From Rebecca billardiae RCC1528 (Eukaryota > Protista > Haptophyta), in the NCBI GenBank assembly GCA_965240325.2, contig OZ251244.1:682001-746000 (forward strand): a DNA stretch of 64,000 nucleotides, written 5' to 3'. Position numbers and translations under genes: made by a program. This document shows, one piece after another, positions 1 through 12,090 of the stretch. Under the pieces are notes generated by a model. The model ran no database searches. It saw nothing but the letters and a program-made list of their open reading frames with translations, and was not told where the DNA came from. How positions within the stretch are numbered: the first letter of the stretch is position 1; each line of letters begins with the position of its first letter.

Positions 1-586
1 GCACGCCCACCGTAGCAGTACGACTGCCGAATGCACAAAAGCCGGGGGTCAGCTGAATTAATGCAGCTCACACGACCGCGCTCCACGCCGAAAACCAGCC
101 CGTAGCTGCCCGCCGGCTGGCTCGTGCATGCGCACCGACTGCCGGGCGCATCGACACCGTGGCGCACAGAGCGCGGGTGCCGCGGCCGGGTGGGTATGTA
201 CTGACGCGGCTGGGCCTGATGGTGCATGCGCGGGCGGATGGGCTCTGCCCGGGTCGGCGCGTAGCGGGCGTGCGGGCTGAGACAAAGTCGTGCCGGCTGC
301 AGCCGGCAACTAAATTTGTGGGTCCCTTTAATAAACAAGTCCTGGTCACAGGCACGTGCGCACGGGCCAAGCGGGCCGTGCACGGGCGTCGTCTGCGGCG
401 AGTGCCGAGTCTGCAGCGCTGTCCGCACCGCTATAATACGCGAACGTCTGAAGGTGGTCGTGAAGCTGCGCCAGCATGTATGCAGCGGCGGCTGCAACTC
501 ACTCTCTAGTAAACTGTAAGAATAACTGAATACGGGACGCCCGCAGCTCAAGGCGGGCGAGATTGACGCCCGCAGAACTGTTCAGC

Positions 587-1999
587 ATGGTGGCAAAGTC
601 CATCCCGATCGCGCGCCGCTGCTCATCACTTGTCTACTACTACGCACTCGTCGCGCTCGCCCTCGCGCGTCGCAACGATGGGATCGTTTTCCCCACGTTT
701 GCAGCTGATGCAGCCGTCCATGCGCTCGTAGTCGATCCGCCGCGCGTGAGCGAGCGCGGCCTGCGCGCCATCGCAAGGCACGCCACCGCGCTGCGCAGTG
801 TCATGCGCGAGCGCGAGCGCTGGCGGAGCGACACTGTGACGGTTGCAGCCGAGCATGCGCCGCTGCATGGGGTGTTCAACCCGCAGGGCAACGAGACCGA
901 GCTCAGAGTCGAGTGCGACATGGGCTGCGTGTGGATGCGCCGCGTTGGCTCTGACACCGGAGCCAACGGAGCCAACGCGACGGCCTTCTCCCTCGACAAG
1001 CCGTACAAGCCGGGCAAGCTCGAGCTCGTTCGGCGAAGCGCCCAGCGCGTGATCGTCACGACCATGGAGAACCGCGCCGGGCATGCGGAGACGAGGACGC
1101 TCGCGCAGCAAGGCCGCCTGGGCGAGCGCGTCTTCGCGCCGCGCGACATCCTCGTCTCACATGAGCTGGACGCGACGGTGCCGATCGTCAATTACATGGG
1201 CTCGCTGCTGAGCCAGTTGCGGGACCTGGCGCAGCAGCAGCCGTTACCGGGCGCCGAGGCCGGGGCTCAGCCGACGGAGCGGCCGGGGGCGCGGGCGCCT
1301 CTCGGCGTGAGCGGCCTGCCGCTCGAGGACCCGCAGCGCAAGCGGCGCGACGCCGCCGTCGCCGCGTTCATCTCCAACTGCAACCCGGCCGGCAGCGTGC
1401 CCGGCGCGGGTCGACTCGACGTGCTGCGCGCGCTGGGCTCTCACGGCGTGCCCGTGCACCAGTACGGCCGGTGCGAGCACACCCAGGGCCTCGCCGCGGC
1501 CGACAGGCGAGCGCACCGCCGCTCGACCGTCCGCTGGAGCGGCAAGGCGCTCCGCGCAGCCGACTACCGCTTCTTTGCCGCGCTCGAGAATTCGCAGACG
1601 CTCGACTACGTCACAGAGAAGGTGTTCGATGCGCTCACGTTGGGCGCGGTGCCGCTGTACCTCGGTGCACCCAACGTGCACGACCTGCTGCCGTGCGAGC
1701 CGCCGGAGCGCTGCGTGATCGAAGTCAGCCGCTTCGTCGACGGCAACGGCGGCTTCGACGCGCCCCAGCTGGCAGCGCACCTGCAGCACCTCGCGGCCAA
1801 CGACACAGCGTACCTCGAGTACCACAGCTGGCGCGCCAAGCCGCTCCCGCAGCGCGTGCTCGACCTGGTCGAGATCCACCGCCACAAGGTAGGATGCCGC
1901 GTATGCCACTGCATCGCAGGCCGACTGCCTGGCTGTGATGGCCAGACCACAACCCCGGTCGGGAAGGTTGTGGGTGTCATCACGAGTTGGACTCGGTGA
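587..1999 (+). CDS. Alpha-1,3/4-fucosyltransferase (GT10), intronless
   Basis: GT10 motif YRFFAALENSQTLDYVTEKVFDALTLGAVPLYLG, upstream AAFISNC and YGRC, C-terminal YLEYHSWR. N-terminal hydrophobic anchor. First ATG at 587. Confidence 0.9.
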   Translation: MVAKSIPIARRCSSLVYYYALVALALARRNDGIVFPTFAADAAVHALVVDPPRVSERGLRAIARHATALRSVMRERERWRSDTVTVAAEHAPLHGVFNPQGNETELRVECDMGCVWMRRVGSDTGANGANATAFSLDKPYKPGKLELVRRSAQRVIVTTMENRAGHAETRTLAQQGRLGERVFAPRDILVSHELDATVPIVNYMGSLLSQLRDLAQQQPLPGAEAGAQPTERPGARAPLGVSGLPLEDPQRKRRDAAVAAFISNCNPAGSVPGAGRLDVLRALGSHGVPVHQYGRCEHTQGLAAADRRAHRRSTVRWSGKALRAADYRFFAALENSQTLDYVTEKVFDALTLGAVPLYLGAPNVHDLLPCEPPERCVIEVSRFVDGNGGFDAPQLAAHLQHLAANDTAYLEYHSWRAKPLPQRVLDLVEIHRHKVGCRVCHCIAGRLPGCDGQTTTPVGKVVGVITSWTR

Positions 2000-2204
2000 C
2001 GAGAATGATGCGCCATCAAAGAATCTGCCATCAATGACGCATCAGCGTCTCAACGACACGAGAATGCACCAATGACATGCGCCATCGCTACTCCGCATTA
2101 TTACCGTATTAGCGTCGGCGCGTGCCACGGCACCAGCGGGCACTCAAGCCGCCATTTCTTATTCATCATATATATACCGGCCACGCGCGTCGTTAATATA
2201 CCGC

Positions 2205-2256
2205 GCCCCCGGCGGGGCTTCACGGCTACGCGCTCCGCCGCCCTGCACCGCGGGCC
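2205..2256. mobile_element. Isolated right-end remnant of the element family at 22322-25216 / 61365-62964
   Basis: gcgctccgcc(gcc)ctgcaccgcgggcc|at matches the end at 25193-25218. Confidence 0.6.
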
Positions 2257-2494
2257 ATGAGTGAATAACGCCGCCTATCTATGTGCGGCAGCAGGCGGCC
2301 GCCCGCGGCCGGCAGCGTGTCCGCGGTGAGCCACCGAATTACCGAAACTACAATGGTTAGTAGGTCGTGGAACGTCGTCGTAGTGTACAGAACAGTTACT
2401 GCCAACCGCGTCGCGCCAACCTCGCGCGGTCCGCGCTGGCCGCCGCGGCTGATGCGTCGGTCATTGTTTGTCAGCAGAGCCGCCGACCGCTGGC

Positions 2495-5400
2495 TCAGTC
2501 CGCCTTTGCGTCCGACGAGGGCATGTCGAGCAGCTTGAGGATCTTGCCGATGCCGATGGTCTTGCCCTCGTCGCGCAGCGTGAACCGGCCGAGCTGCGCG
2601 CACGCGTCAAACGTCTCGACGCAGATCTGCTGCTCCACCTCGATCACGCACGTGATCACCGCGCCTGCGCACGGGTAGCGCGCGCGCGCGTACGCGCCGT
2701 GCGCGCGGCGCGGGCGGGCGGGCTCACACCGTGGCGCGCGGTGCGTGGCGCGGCGGGCGCGCGCGGTGCGCGGCGCGCGCGCGGGGCTGTGCGGAGAGAC
2801 GAGCCGCTGCCGGCGCGCGCCACGGCACATGGGGTGCCGGCGCGGTCGGGAGTGGGGGTCCGCAAGGGTGCGCTTCCTGTGTGCACATATGAGAGCTCGT
2901 GGCGGCTCGATGCGCGCCCATCGTCGGGCGCGCAGAGCCGACGCATGTGCGTGCGCGCACACCCCCACCCCGCCCACCGCCAGCAGGCTCACCGCCCCAG
3001 CCGCCGCCGCGCGCCGGGCGGAACGACCGGAGCCGACGTCTCTCCCAAGGCACACCGCACCGCCGCGCTCGCCCACGCCGCGCGCGGCGCGAGTCCGGGC
3101 GGGCGGGACGCACCGGACTTGACGAACATGGGCGGCTTCTTCGAGCGTTTGCCAGTCTTCCGGTCGACCTGCGAGGTGAGCTCGACAATCGAGCACTCCT
3201 GAGGTGGCAGCCGCGGAGCGGGGCGCGGGCGAATGCGTGCGCGCGGGCGGGTGCACGCGGCGTGGGCGGAGCGCGCACGGCGCGGGCGACGGTCAGACGA
3301 CGGCGGCGGCACGCGCCGCTGCGGCTGCTGAGCCGTGCGCGCGCGCAGCGCCGCCCGGCCGCCCGGCCGCCCGGCCGCGCGGCGCGCGCGCAGCACACAC
3401 CTCTGCGATAGCATGGCAGTGCAGGATGGCTGTGTACCCGGCGCTGAAGATGGACTTGTGCTCGAGCAGCTCGACGATGATCAGCTGCGCCTCGAAGCGG
3501 CGCACGACCGGCGCGACCTCCTTGATGTCGGAGAGAACGAAGCCAGGCTTCAGCTCGTCCTGAGGCCGAGCGCAGCCAGCCGCAGCCGGTTGCCGGGGCC
3601 ACGCGCCGGCGCCGGGGCGAGGGAGCGAGCGGGCGAGGGCGGCGGCGGCAGGGAAGGAAGGCGGCGGGTGAGCTGCGCCCGACGCACGTGGACGCGCGGA
3701 CGCGCACGCGCACGGCGCGCAGCCACCGGGCGCGGCGGGCGCGCGCGCGGCGGGTGGCGCGCGCGGCGGGTGGCGCGCGCGGGTGGCGCGCGCGCGGCGG
3801 GTGGCGCGCGCGGGTGGCGCGCCGCGCACATCGGAGATGTCCTTCAGCTTGACGCGCACGTTCTCGCCGCCCACCGCGTACGCGACGTCGCTGTCGTCGA
3901 GCGAGACGGACTCGACGACCACGCGCGTCCGGTTGGGCATGAGCAGGTACTTGCCGCCCTCGCTGACCGTGCCCTGCTCGATCTTGCCCTCGACACACGT
4001 ACCCATGTCGCGGTACTTGTCGATAATGGGCAGCCGCAGCGGCGCGTCGGGTTTCCTGTCGAGCGGCGGCATCTCGTCGAGCAGCTCGATGAAGCTCTTC
4101 CCGCCCGCGTACCACGGGCACGTCGACGCGTCGATCGTGCTCATCACGTTGTGCCCCTTGAGCGCGGAGATGGGCGCGAACAGCACGTCTTTCTTCAGGT
4201 TGTACCCACACTGCTTGAGGAAAGGCGTGAGCTTCTCGACGCACTCCTTGTAGCGGTCTTCAGACCACTGCGCGGAGGGTGCGGCGCGGAGGGGTGCGGC
4301 GCGGAGGGGCGGCGAGCGCGAACGCCAGGGGCGCGGCGCGGGGTGCGGCGGAGCAGGCGCGCGGCCGTGGGGGGGAGGAGGCGTGCAGCAGCTGAGCTCA
4401 GCCGCTGCCGCTGCATACACGCGTGCGCGCGCGCTGGCGACAGTGCACGCCGCCTGGCACTCGCGCGCGCCCCTGCGGCCGGCGCGGCCGGCGCGACCGG
4501 CGCGGCCGCGCGCCGCAGCCGCCGGCGCGCGGCCCCGAGCTGCCGGCCGGCTGGCCCGCACACCTCCGCACGAGCGCGCGCGCCCTCGCCTGCGCGCGGC
4601 CCACCCAGCGGCCCGCCCGCACGCGCCAACGCACCCGCGCGCGCGTGCGCGCATGCTGGCGGCGGCGGCGGCGCACCTCGACCGTCGGGTCGTCCATCTT
4701 GTTGATCACGACGAGGAGCACGCGCACGCCGAGCGTCTTCGCGAGCAGCGCGTGCTCGCGCGTCTGCCCGCCGCGCTCGAAGCCCGTCTCGAATTCCCCC
4801 TTGCGCGCCGAGATCACGAGAACGCCCACATCTGCCTGGCACGCGCCGGCGATCATGTTGGGCACGTAGTTCTTGTGCCCCGGCGCGTCGAGGATGGTGT
4901 ACCGCTTCGCCGCCGTCTCGAACTGCGCCTTCCCCACCTGCACCGTCTTCCCCTTCGCGCGCTCCTCCTCGTCTGTGTCCATGATGTACGCGAGGAACCA
5001 GCTTTCGCGATTCTTCTCCTTCGCTTCCTTTTCGTACTTCTGGATCGTGCGCTCGTCGACCTGCGAGGTGGCGAGCATGATCTGGCCGCAGAACGTCGAC
5101 TTGCCCGCGTCTGCGCGCGGGCCGTGCGGTGCGGTGCGGCGGGCGCGGTGCGGCGGGCGGGCGGGCGGGCGCGGCGCGCTCAGCGCGGCGGCGCGCGGTG
5201 CGCGCGCGCGCGTGGTCACGCGTGCGCGGCGGTGCCACGCTCGCCCCGCCCCGCCCCAGCCGTGCCGTGCGCCCCGCCTCCCGAGTGGACCGTGGGATGG
5301 CAGCCGGCCGCAGGCGCGCGCATCGGCCATGAGAACAGCGGGCCTCTCGCGCGCCGAGCCAGCCTTCGTGCCAGGGCGCCACGCGCGGCTCCGGCACCGA

Positions 5401-5765
5401 CAGCCGTTGAGGTCTCGGGCCGTCCCCGCTCTTCTGTTCCGGCTTCTCTCGACTCAGCCCTCAAATCCCCGACACGCGGCGCCCGGCGAGGCCGGGGCTC
5501 GTCAGTGCGAGGGGAGTGCGATACATCCACCGGTGCGGGGCTCCCGCCCCGCCCCCCGCGCGCGCCCGCCTGCCGGCACACAGGCCAGGCTGAGTGTCCC
5601 GACGCGCTGCGCGCGCGCGCCCAGCGCCCCTGCCGGCGCGCCCCCCGCGCGCGCCCGCGGCGCAGGACTTGCCCTGCGCGTCGGCCTGCCCGCCCGAGCG
5701 CCGCGCGCCCGCGCGCCCGCCCGCATCGGCCCGCCGCGCCGCCCGGCACGCTGCACCCACCCACG

Positions 5766-5798
<33 letters not shown>

Positions 5799-6261
5799 CG
5801 CGCGTACCGACGTGCCCGATGAACACGCAGTTGAGGTGTTCGCGCAGGTCGGTCCGTTCGGGTGCCTTGGACTTCTTCGAGCCCTTCGTCCCGCCGAGGC
5901 TCGTGTCCTCGAGCGCCTCGCCGGCCTTCTCGACCTCCTCGTCGGCGTCGTCGGCGTCCGCTGCGCTCGCCGACTTGGCGCCCCCGGCGTCAGCTGCGCC
6001 CGCGCCCCCGTCGCCGCCACCGCTCGCGTTGCCAGCCGCGTCCGTCGCGCCGGCCTCGCCGCCGCCTGCGCCGCCTGCTGCGGCCGCGCCCTCCGCGGCC
6101 GCGGCCGGCTTGGCAGCACCGCTCGCCTCATCCGCCGCGGCAGAGTCCTCCCACGAGGCGGCGGGCTCCGCTTTGGCAGGCTTCGCGGCCGCAGGCGCCG
6201 ATGCCGCTGCGGCTTTCGGCGTCTGCTTGACCGCAGCCGTCTGTGCACTCTCCGCGGACGA

Positions 6262-6357
<96 letters not shown>

Positions 6358-7002
6358 CTTGCCTTTCCCGCCGCCGCCGCCCTGGCCCTTCTGCTGGCCG
6401 GCGCCGCCCTGCTGGCCGGCGCCGCCCTGCTGGCCGCCGCCCTGACCGTCACCGCCTTTGCCGCCCTTGCCCTTCTTCCGCCCTTGGCCCTGGGCCCCGC
6501 CCTGGCTGCTCTGCGCCCCTGGCTGCGGCTGCTGCTGCTGCGCGCCCGGCGGCGCGCCCCCGCCCGCCGCTGCCGCTGCCGCCTGCTGCTGCTGGAGCTG
6601 GGCCATCTGCTGCGGCGTGAGCTGGCCGGCGAAGCCCGGCGCGCCGTACCCGCCGTACCCCGGGAAGCCGCCCGCCGGCGGGTACCCGTAGCCCTGCGGC
6701 GCACCGTAGCCGTAGCCAGCGCCGCCGTACGCGGCGGGGCCGCCCGGCTGCCCGCCGGCGGGGAAGCCTTGGGCACCTGCCGGGCGAGGAGGCGCGTGTC
6801 GGCGGGGCGCGCCCACGCGTGTGAGTCAGCGCCGCGCCCCGCGTCGTGGTCGCCGCTCACGCGCCATCCGTCGCAGCGCGGAGGCGCGTGCGGCCGGCGC
6901 GCGCGCACCTGGCGCCTGCGGCTGTCCCTGGAGGTTGCCGCCCTGTGGCACAAAGTTGCCCGCGTTGGGGTTGGGGACCCACGAGCGCGCGTTCGGATTC
7001 AT
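2495..7002 (-). CDS. SUP35: Eukaryotic peptide chain release factor 3 (eRF3 GTPase), 7 exons
   Basis: GHVDAGKST, ILDAPGHKNYVPNMI, INKMDD, LGRFTLRDEGKTIGIGKI. N-terminal tandem PAM2-like MNPNARSWVPNPNAGNFVP. GT-AG introns at 6777-6908, 5111-5807, 4268-4676, 3560-3829, 3199-3400 and 2665-3113 restore one frame. Confidence 0.95.
6262..6357. repeat. Perfect (GCC)32 microsatellite encoding poly-Gly in eRF3
   Basis: Uninterrupted trinucleotide run inside exon 2. Confidence 0.95.
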
Positions 7003-7316
7003 CCCGCTCTCGATCCAGCCGGCCTGCGACCACTGCGTCCGCTGCGCTCCGGCGGTGCACGCGTCGCCCAGCCCACGTGGGAGTGAGTGAGGCCAGGCGT
7101 GGCGCCAGGGCGATGCCGCGCGCTGCGTCCGGTCTGGCTACGTGGTCCGGCCGATGGAAGATTTCTTAGAATGATTTGCTCAGTCTGAAACCGTGGACCA
7201 AGGTCTGAGGCACGTCTGCCCCCCTGCCCGGAAGGAAGGCAGGCACCGGACCACCCACCCCTCCCGCTTGGCCCTTCCCGGTTCGGGTGAAAAGGTCTGT
7301 CGACGTTGGCCCTCCA

Positions 7317-7887
7317 ATGGCGGCGCGAGCGCGTGCGGCGCGGCGAATCCTGCTTTGGCTCGCGGCGGCGTGCAGCGCGGCGCGCACGGGCTCGTCGCGG
7401 GTTGAGGAATGGGAGCACGCGCGCCCCGCCGAGGCGCGGCTGCATGGCCTCGTCGCCAAGCGCGCCGTGCCCGACCCGGCCGCGGCGCGCGGCGCGGCAT
7501 GCTACTGGGTCTCGGACGAATATAAATTCATTGGCGTCAAGCTCGCCAAGGCGGGCGGCTCGTCGATCATCAAGTTCTTGAAGAGCGCGCTGTGCGGCCT
7601 CACCTTCGATGGCCCCTTCAGTCTCGACGCCCAGTGCGCCGACCAGCGGCTCCTCGACCACGGACAGGACCAGCGCAGCGACTGCCAGCACAACATGCCG
7701 CCGCCAGAGAAGTGGCGCGAATACTTCGTCTTCGCGTTCGTGCGCAACCCGTACTCGCGCCGTGTGTCGATGGTGCGGTACTGTCATATCGCCAAAGGCG
7801 ACTGGTGCGCCGCCTGCGCCGCCTCCGCCGGCTGCGGCCGCTGCTCGCGCATCCACTGCGCGCCGGCACACGGCGCGCTCTTGGGCG

Positions 7888-7919
<32 letters not shown>

Positions 7920-8657
7920 GGCAGTGTTGGCGGGCACGGGAACACGACGGCGAGTGCCCTCGACTTCGTCGGCCACGTGGAGGATCTGGGGCGCGATCTG
8001 GAGGCGGTGCTGCACGAGGTGCAGCGCCGCGCGAAGCGGCCCATCGCCTGGCGCAACGCCACGCCCGCCACTGAACTCGAGCACGTGAACGAAAGCGGCG
8101 CCGGCGCGCTCTGGCGACGGCTCGTGCACGGCCTCAGGGTCGCGCTGGGGCTCGCGCCGCCGGAGGAGACGAAAGTGGACTACATGGGGGCAGGCGGCGA
8201 GCGGTGCGCGCGCGCGTGCGAGGCGCACGTGCAGGAGGACTACGGGGCCGACGCCACCGCGTTCGGCTACGCCGCGCCAAGCGTGGCCGTGCCGGCTGCG
8301 TACGCCCGCGCCGCCGGGCGCGGGCTGGAGCTGTGGGGCGCACTCGCGCTGGCGGTGGCGCTCCTCGTGCTGTGCGTCGGCGCTCTGCTCGGCCGCCGCC
8401 GCAGACGCGCCGTGCTGGCCGCCCCTGCGCGCACTGGCGGCCCTGCCTCACGGCGCACAGCCCGCGAGGCGCGCGAGGCCGAGCAGCAGAACCTGCTCGG
8501 GGGCGGAGGGGCCGCGAACGCGGCCGCTTGCACTGCGGCCGCGGCCGAGGAGGGCGCGCATGCGCGCGGCGCTGGAGAGGCGGCCGGCGACGATGAGGAG
8601 CGTGCGGCAGGCGCCAGCGTGGAGGAGAGCAGCCGGTGCAGCAACTCCAGCGACTGA
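7317..8657 (+). CDS. Carbohydrate sulfotransferase-like protein (Sulfotransfer_2 type), intronless
   Basis: 5'-PSB-like YKFIGVKLAKAGGSSI, 3'-PB-like FVFAFVRNPYSRRVS, DFVGHVEDL, YGADATAFGY. Signal peptide plus C-terminal TM helix. Confidence 0.8.
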
Positions 8658-9240
8658 CCGGATGAGACTTGAGTCCCGGACCCTGGCCGGCTTCCGTAGA
8701 CTTCCGACGGTCTCGGTCAGCGGTCTCATCGTAAATCAGTTATCAGACCGGCGGAGACCGCTGGGGTCGCCCGCCCGGGCCGGTTCTCGGATGCTCATCA
8801 ATCACAGCAGTACTCATGAGCTCATCGGCACCCGGTACTGACCGTCGGACTGTGTCCAGCAGTCACCAGTGTCGACTCACGAGTCACGACTGCAAGTGCC
8901 CGCCGGCCGGCCCGGTCTCTCCCAGTGCCAGTGGGCGTCCCGGATCGGCTCGTCCCGCTGGCCGTTGTCTGGTCACTCTAGATCTGCTCCGGACTGCGCT
9001 GCCATCGTATCTCCGCGGGGAGCGGGCCGTGAAGCGACTTAGCGAGTGCGCGATCGGCGATGCCCGCCGATGGCATGAGACTTGAGAGTATCATCAGCCA
9101 GCTAGATTCACGCGCCTAGATCGAACCCGAAAAAGCAAATAAATGAAAGCGGGAACTACGAATTGTGCAGTTGGGTTTCCAGAGGCAGAAGTGAGAAGGG
9201 GGAAAATCGTGCGTACGGCTAATTCTATGATTTAAAGACA

Positions 9241-9285
9241 CTGTAATCTCGCCTGCCTGAGCTGTGTGCGTCTCTTATTCTTAGT
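9241..9285. mobile_element. Short Tc1/mariner-like terminus remnant (truncated)
   Basis: cgcctgcctgagctgtgtgcgtctcttattcttagt is identical to 36486-36521 and, reverse-complemented, to the interrupted copy at 44191-44323. Confidence 0.65.
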
Positions 9286-10285
9286 GTATGGCGGTGGCAC
9301 TTCGCCGAAAAATTGGTACTGGTTGGTGGCAGGGACCGTTGGTGGCACTCCAGCCCAAATTTGGGGCTCTTCCTCGAGCTCATGGACCGAGGGTACCGCA
9401 CGGTGGCGAAGGAGATCAACCCGTTGTGCCCCCAGTGCGCCGAGATCGCCATGCTCCGCGTGTCGCGGAGCCCGTCCGATTCTCGTCGTTTGGCAAAGGT
9501 CTCTGCCGCTGCTGCGGCCAAGCGCTCTTGAGTGAAGGGGCGGCGGGGGCAGCGGCGAACAACCGAGGACTCGCTGGTGAGGAATGGTGGCTTGCCGAAC
9601 AGCAGCGGCGTCGCACGCCAGCGGCTGAGCGAGGCACGCAGCAAGCCGCGTCGTCCGCCGCAGTGGCGAGAACGGGAGCGCCTGGCGGCCGTCGCCCTGC
9701 GGCTGCGACGAACGGATCCGAGGTACTATGCACGCTGGGGCCAGATGGTCCCCAAGCTGAACAGCGAACTGGCGTTTTGCTGAACTTCGAACGAGGGTGA
9801 ACTGCGACAGGCGCAGGGTTCTTCTGCTGCGCCGTGCCGCGCCGCACACCGGGTTAGCTATAACGAGTTTCCGCCGCCGCGGAGTCACTGACACCGAATC
9901 ACGGCGAATTATGCGATTTTATGCGCGCGCGCGTGATGGGGACCACCGGCCATCGTACGTACGTGTGTAACGCGCCCCAGGCGGCGTGCACGTGTCGCAC
10001 CTAGCCGCTGCCTCTCCACGGAGAGTGGGCAGACTCATCCGAGCTAGTCGATTGTCCGGGTCGCAGTGCCGCGACGAGTGCCGGCTGCGGCCCCGCGCAA
10101 TCATCACGAGGCCCCGTGATGAACCGACGCGCTACTGCACTGTTGAGATTGCAAAGGCATGATCATCTTGCGCCATGCCTCGTCGGCACGTGAGCGGCAT
10201 GGTATACGCGAAAGTTGTAGTCACAGCTTGACTAGTGAGTCATGATTCGTGACTCTCCGGCAAGATGCCGCCTAAAAATCCGATC

Positions 10286-10985
10286 GTCATCGGCGCAGCG
10301 TCTAAATCATCGCCGCGCCGTGATCGGCTGCGATCGAGCTGATGATGATGATGATGCTCATCACTACATTGCCATCTCAACGAAGCTGACCCTCTGCGGA
10401 GATCCTCTCCAGCGGAGATCCTCTCCCGGAAGCCATCGCCACTCGGGCGAGCAATGGCGGGCGACCGGCCGCCATTGCTGCAAGCACGGGTTGGTGGACA
10501 CTGGACAGCAATGGCTGCCGTGTGCTACTGTGCTGCTACAACGGTCCGGGACGGGCGCCATCGCTCGAGCGGTCTTGCCGCGAACGGGCGGTGCTTCGAG
10601 CGTGCGAGACCCTCCCTGCCACCCCGCGCGCACGTCTGCACCCGCAAGGATGAGCCCGTCGCCCAAGCGCACCGCAGACGCGACCACGACCGTCAACATC
10701 CCACTGGACCCGTTGCCAGGCGTCTTGCTGGAGGACCCACGCCGAAAGCGCCCCCGCACTCGGCGCTCCTGCCGCATTCGCGGACACGCCGTCGAGAGCG
10801 CGGCCGTCTGCCTCAACGTCGCGCGCCGCATTGCCGTCAACTAGCGCACATCCGCACTCGCGCACGTGGAGATTCGCGTCGAGCGTCGAGCATGGCCTAC
10901 ACGCTGTGCCCGCCTGACATCCGCGCTCCCGGCGAAGGAGGAAAACGACCATGTTCCTGCGAGGTGATGACGATCCGAAGTCTGG
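10286..10985. repeat. Degenerate segmental duplicate of 11566-14515 (lacking the two foldback insertions)
   Basis: Colinear blocks: 10320-10413 with 11603-11692, 10449-10479 with 12003-12030, 10600-10985 with 14175-14515. Confidence 0.8.
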
Positions 10986-12090
10986 CATCAAGCGGGCGGA
11001 GTCAGAGTCACCAGCGGCACCGAGTGACAGTTCAGTTCAAATGCAATCAGATCTTCCCCCGAATGCGTGTGGGGACCATCGGACGTCTTACCGGTGTGTA
11101 ACACGCATCAGACGACGTGCACGTGTCCCGCCAGTGAGCCGGTGCCCTGCAAACTGGCTGTGAACGGGACGCGCCTGGCTCGGCCTGTGCCTGTGACTGA
11201 GTGTGACGCGGTGCCATCTCTCTCGTCGGAGTCGGACCGCGCAAACTCAACGAACTGCGCCAGAAAATAATCGACTAAGAAGTCATCATGATGATCGATC
11301 GTCTAATTACTATTACGTCATGCTGTCTCGGCGCCATGAGCGTCATCGTCTCGGGGCCGTCACGTGGCAGTCACGAGTCACGCCTCACGGCGTCGTCGCC
11401 TCACTTGACCGTAAGCCGAGTGATGCTAAGTACGCGCAACTTACAATAGGGCTCCACAGAGTCTTGGCATCTAAAAGTGACTCGCTGTTAACTCGTGCCA
11501 GTCACTACTGGCTGTGTCGATACTTGATTACATTAAAACAACCGCCCGGCAAGCTCCGATCCGTCGTCACGGCGCCATCGCCTTTAATCTTCATCGCAGC
11601 GCGGTGATCGGCCGCGATCGAGCTGATGAGTCATGATGCTCAGCACATTGCCACCTCAGCTGAGCTGACCCTCTGCGGAGACCCTCTTCAGCCATCGAGC
11701 ATCGTTGCGCAGCTGTTGCTGCCATGCGGCAGTCGCCCACCCTGGGCCTGGGCCGCGGCCCGCGGCGACAGCCGCTGGCGCAGTGGCGTGGATCAGGCGG
11801 CTCGTGCGAGCGCGCGCGCGTGACGCATTATGTACAGCAAGCCGCGAGGGTCCATCCAGGCGTATCATTGCAGTTTGTACACGGTCGCACGTGCACGCGG
11901 CGCAGCGGCGGACCCGGCGCTTGCGTCGGCTTGATGGTCCTTTGTCTCGATCGGCTTGACGCGGCTTTCCTCGCGCGAGTGGAACCCGAAAAAGAAAAGC
12001 CCGAGCAATGGCGGCCCGGCCGCCATTGCTCCCGAGGCAACTGTGCAAGCAAACAACCGAAAATCAAGATAGCAGGAGATCTCCCGGACT

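Noticed and set aside
5111-5807. Intron ends forming inverted repeats (GTGCGCG..CGCGCAG) as introner elements
   Set aside because: Explained by splice consensus plus (GC)n composition. No shared internal sequence or TSD between introns was seen.
4873-7086. Very long Ala/Arg/Pro-rich ORFs antisense to or overlapping real genes
   Set aside because: Stop-codon scarcity at very high GC. They are shadows of real exons plus introns.
9313-9860. Single frame with internal TGA codons (selenoprotein or readthrough)
   Set aside because: No recognisable protein and it lies in transposon debris. More likely a decayed relic.
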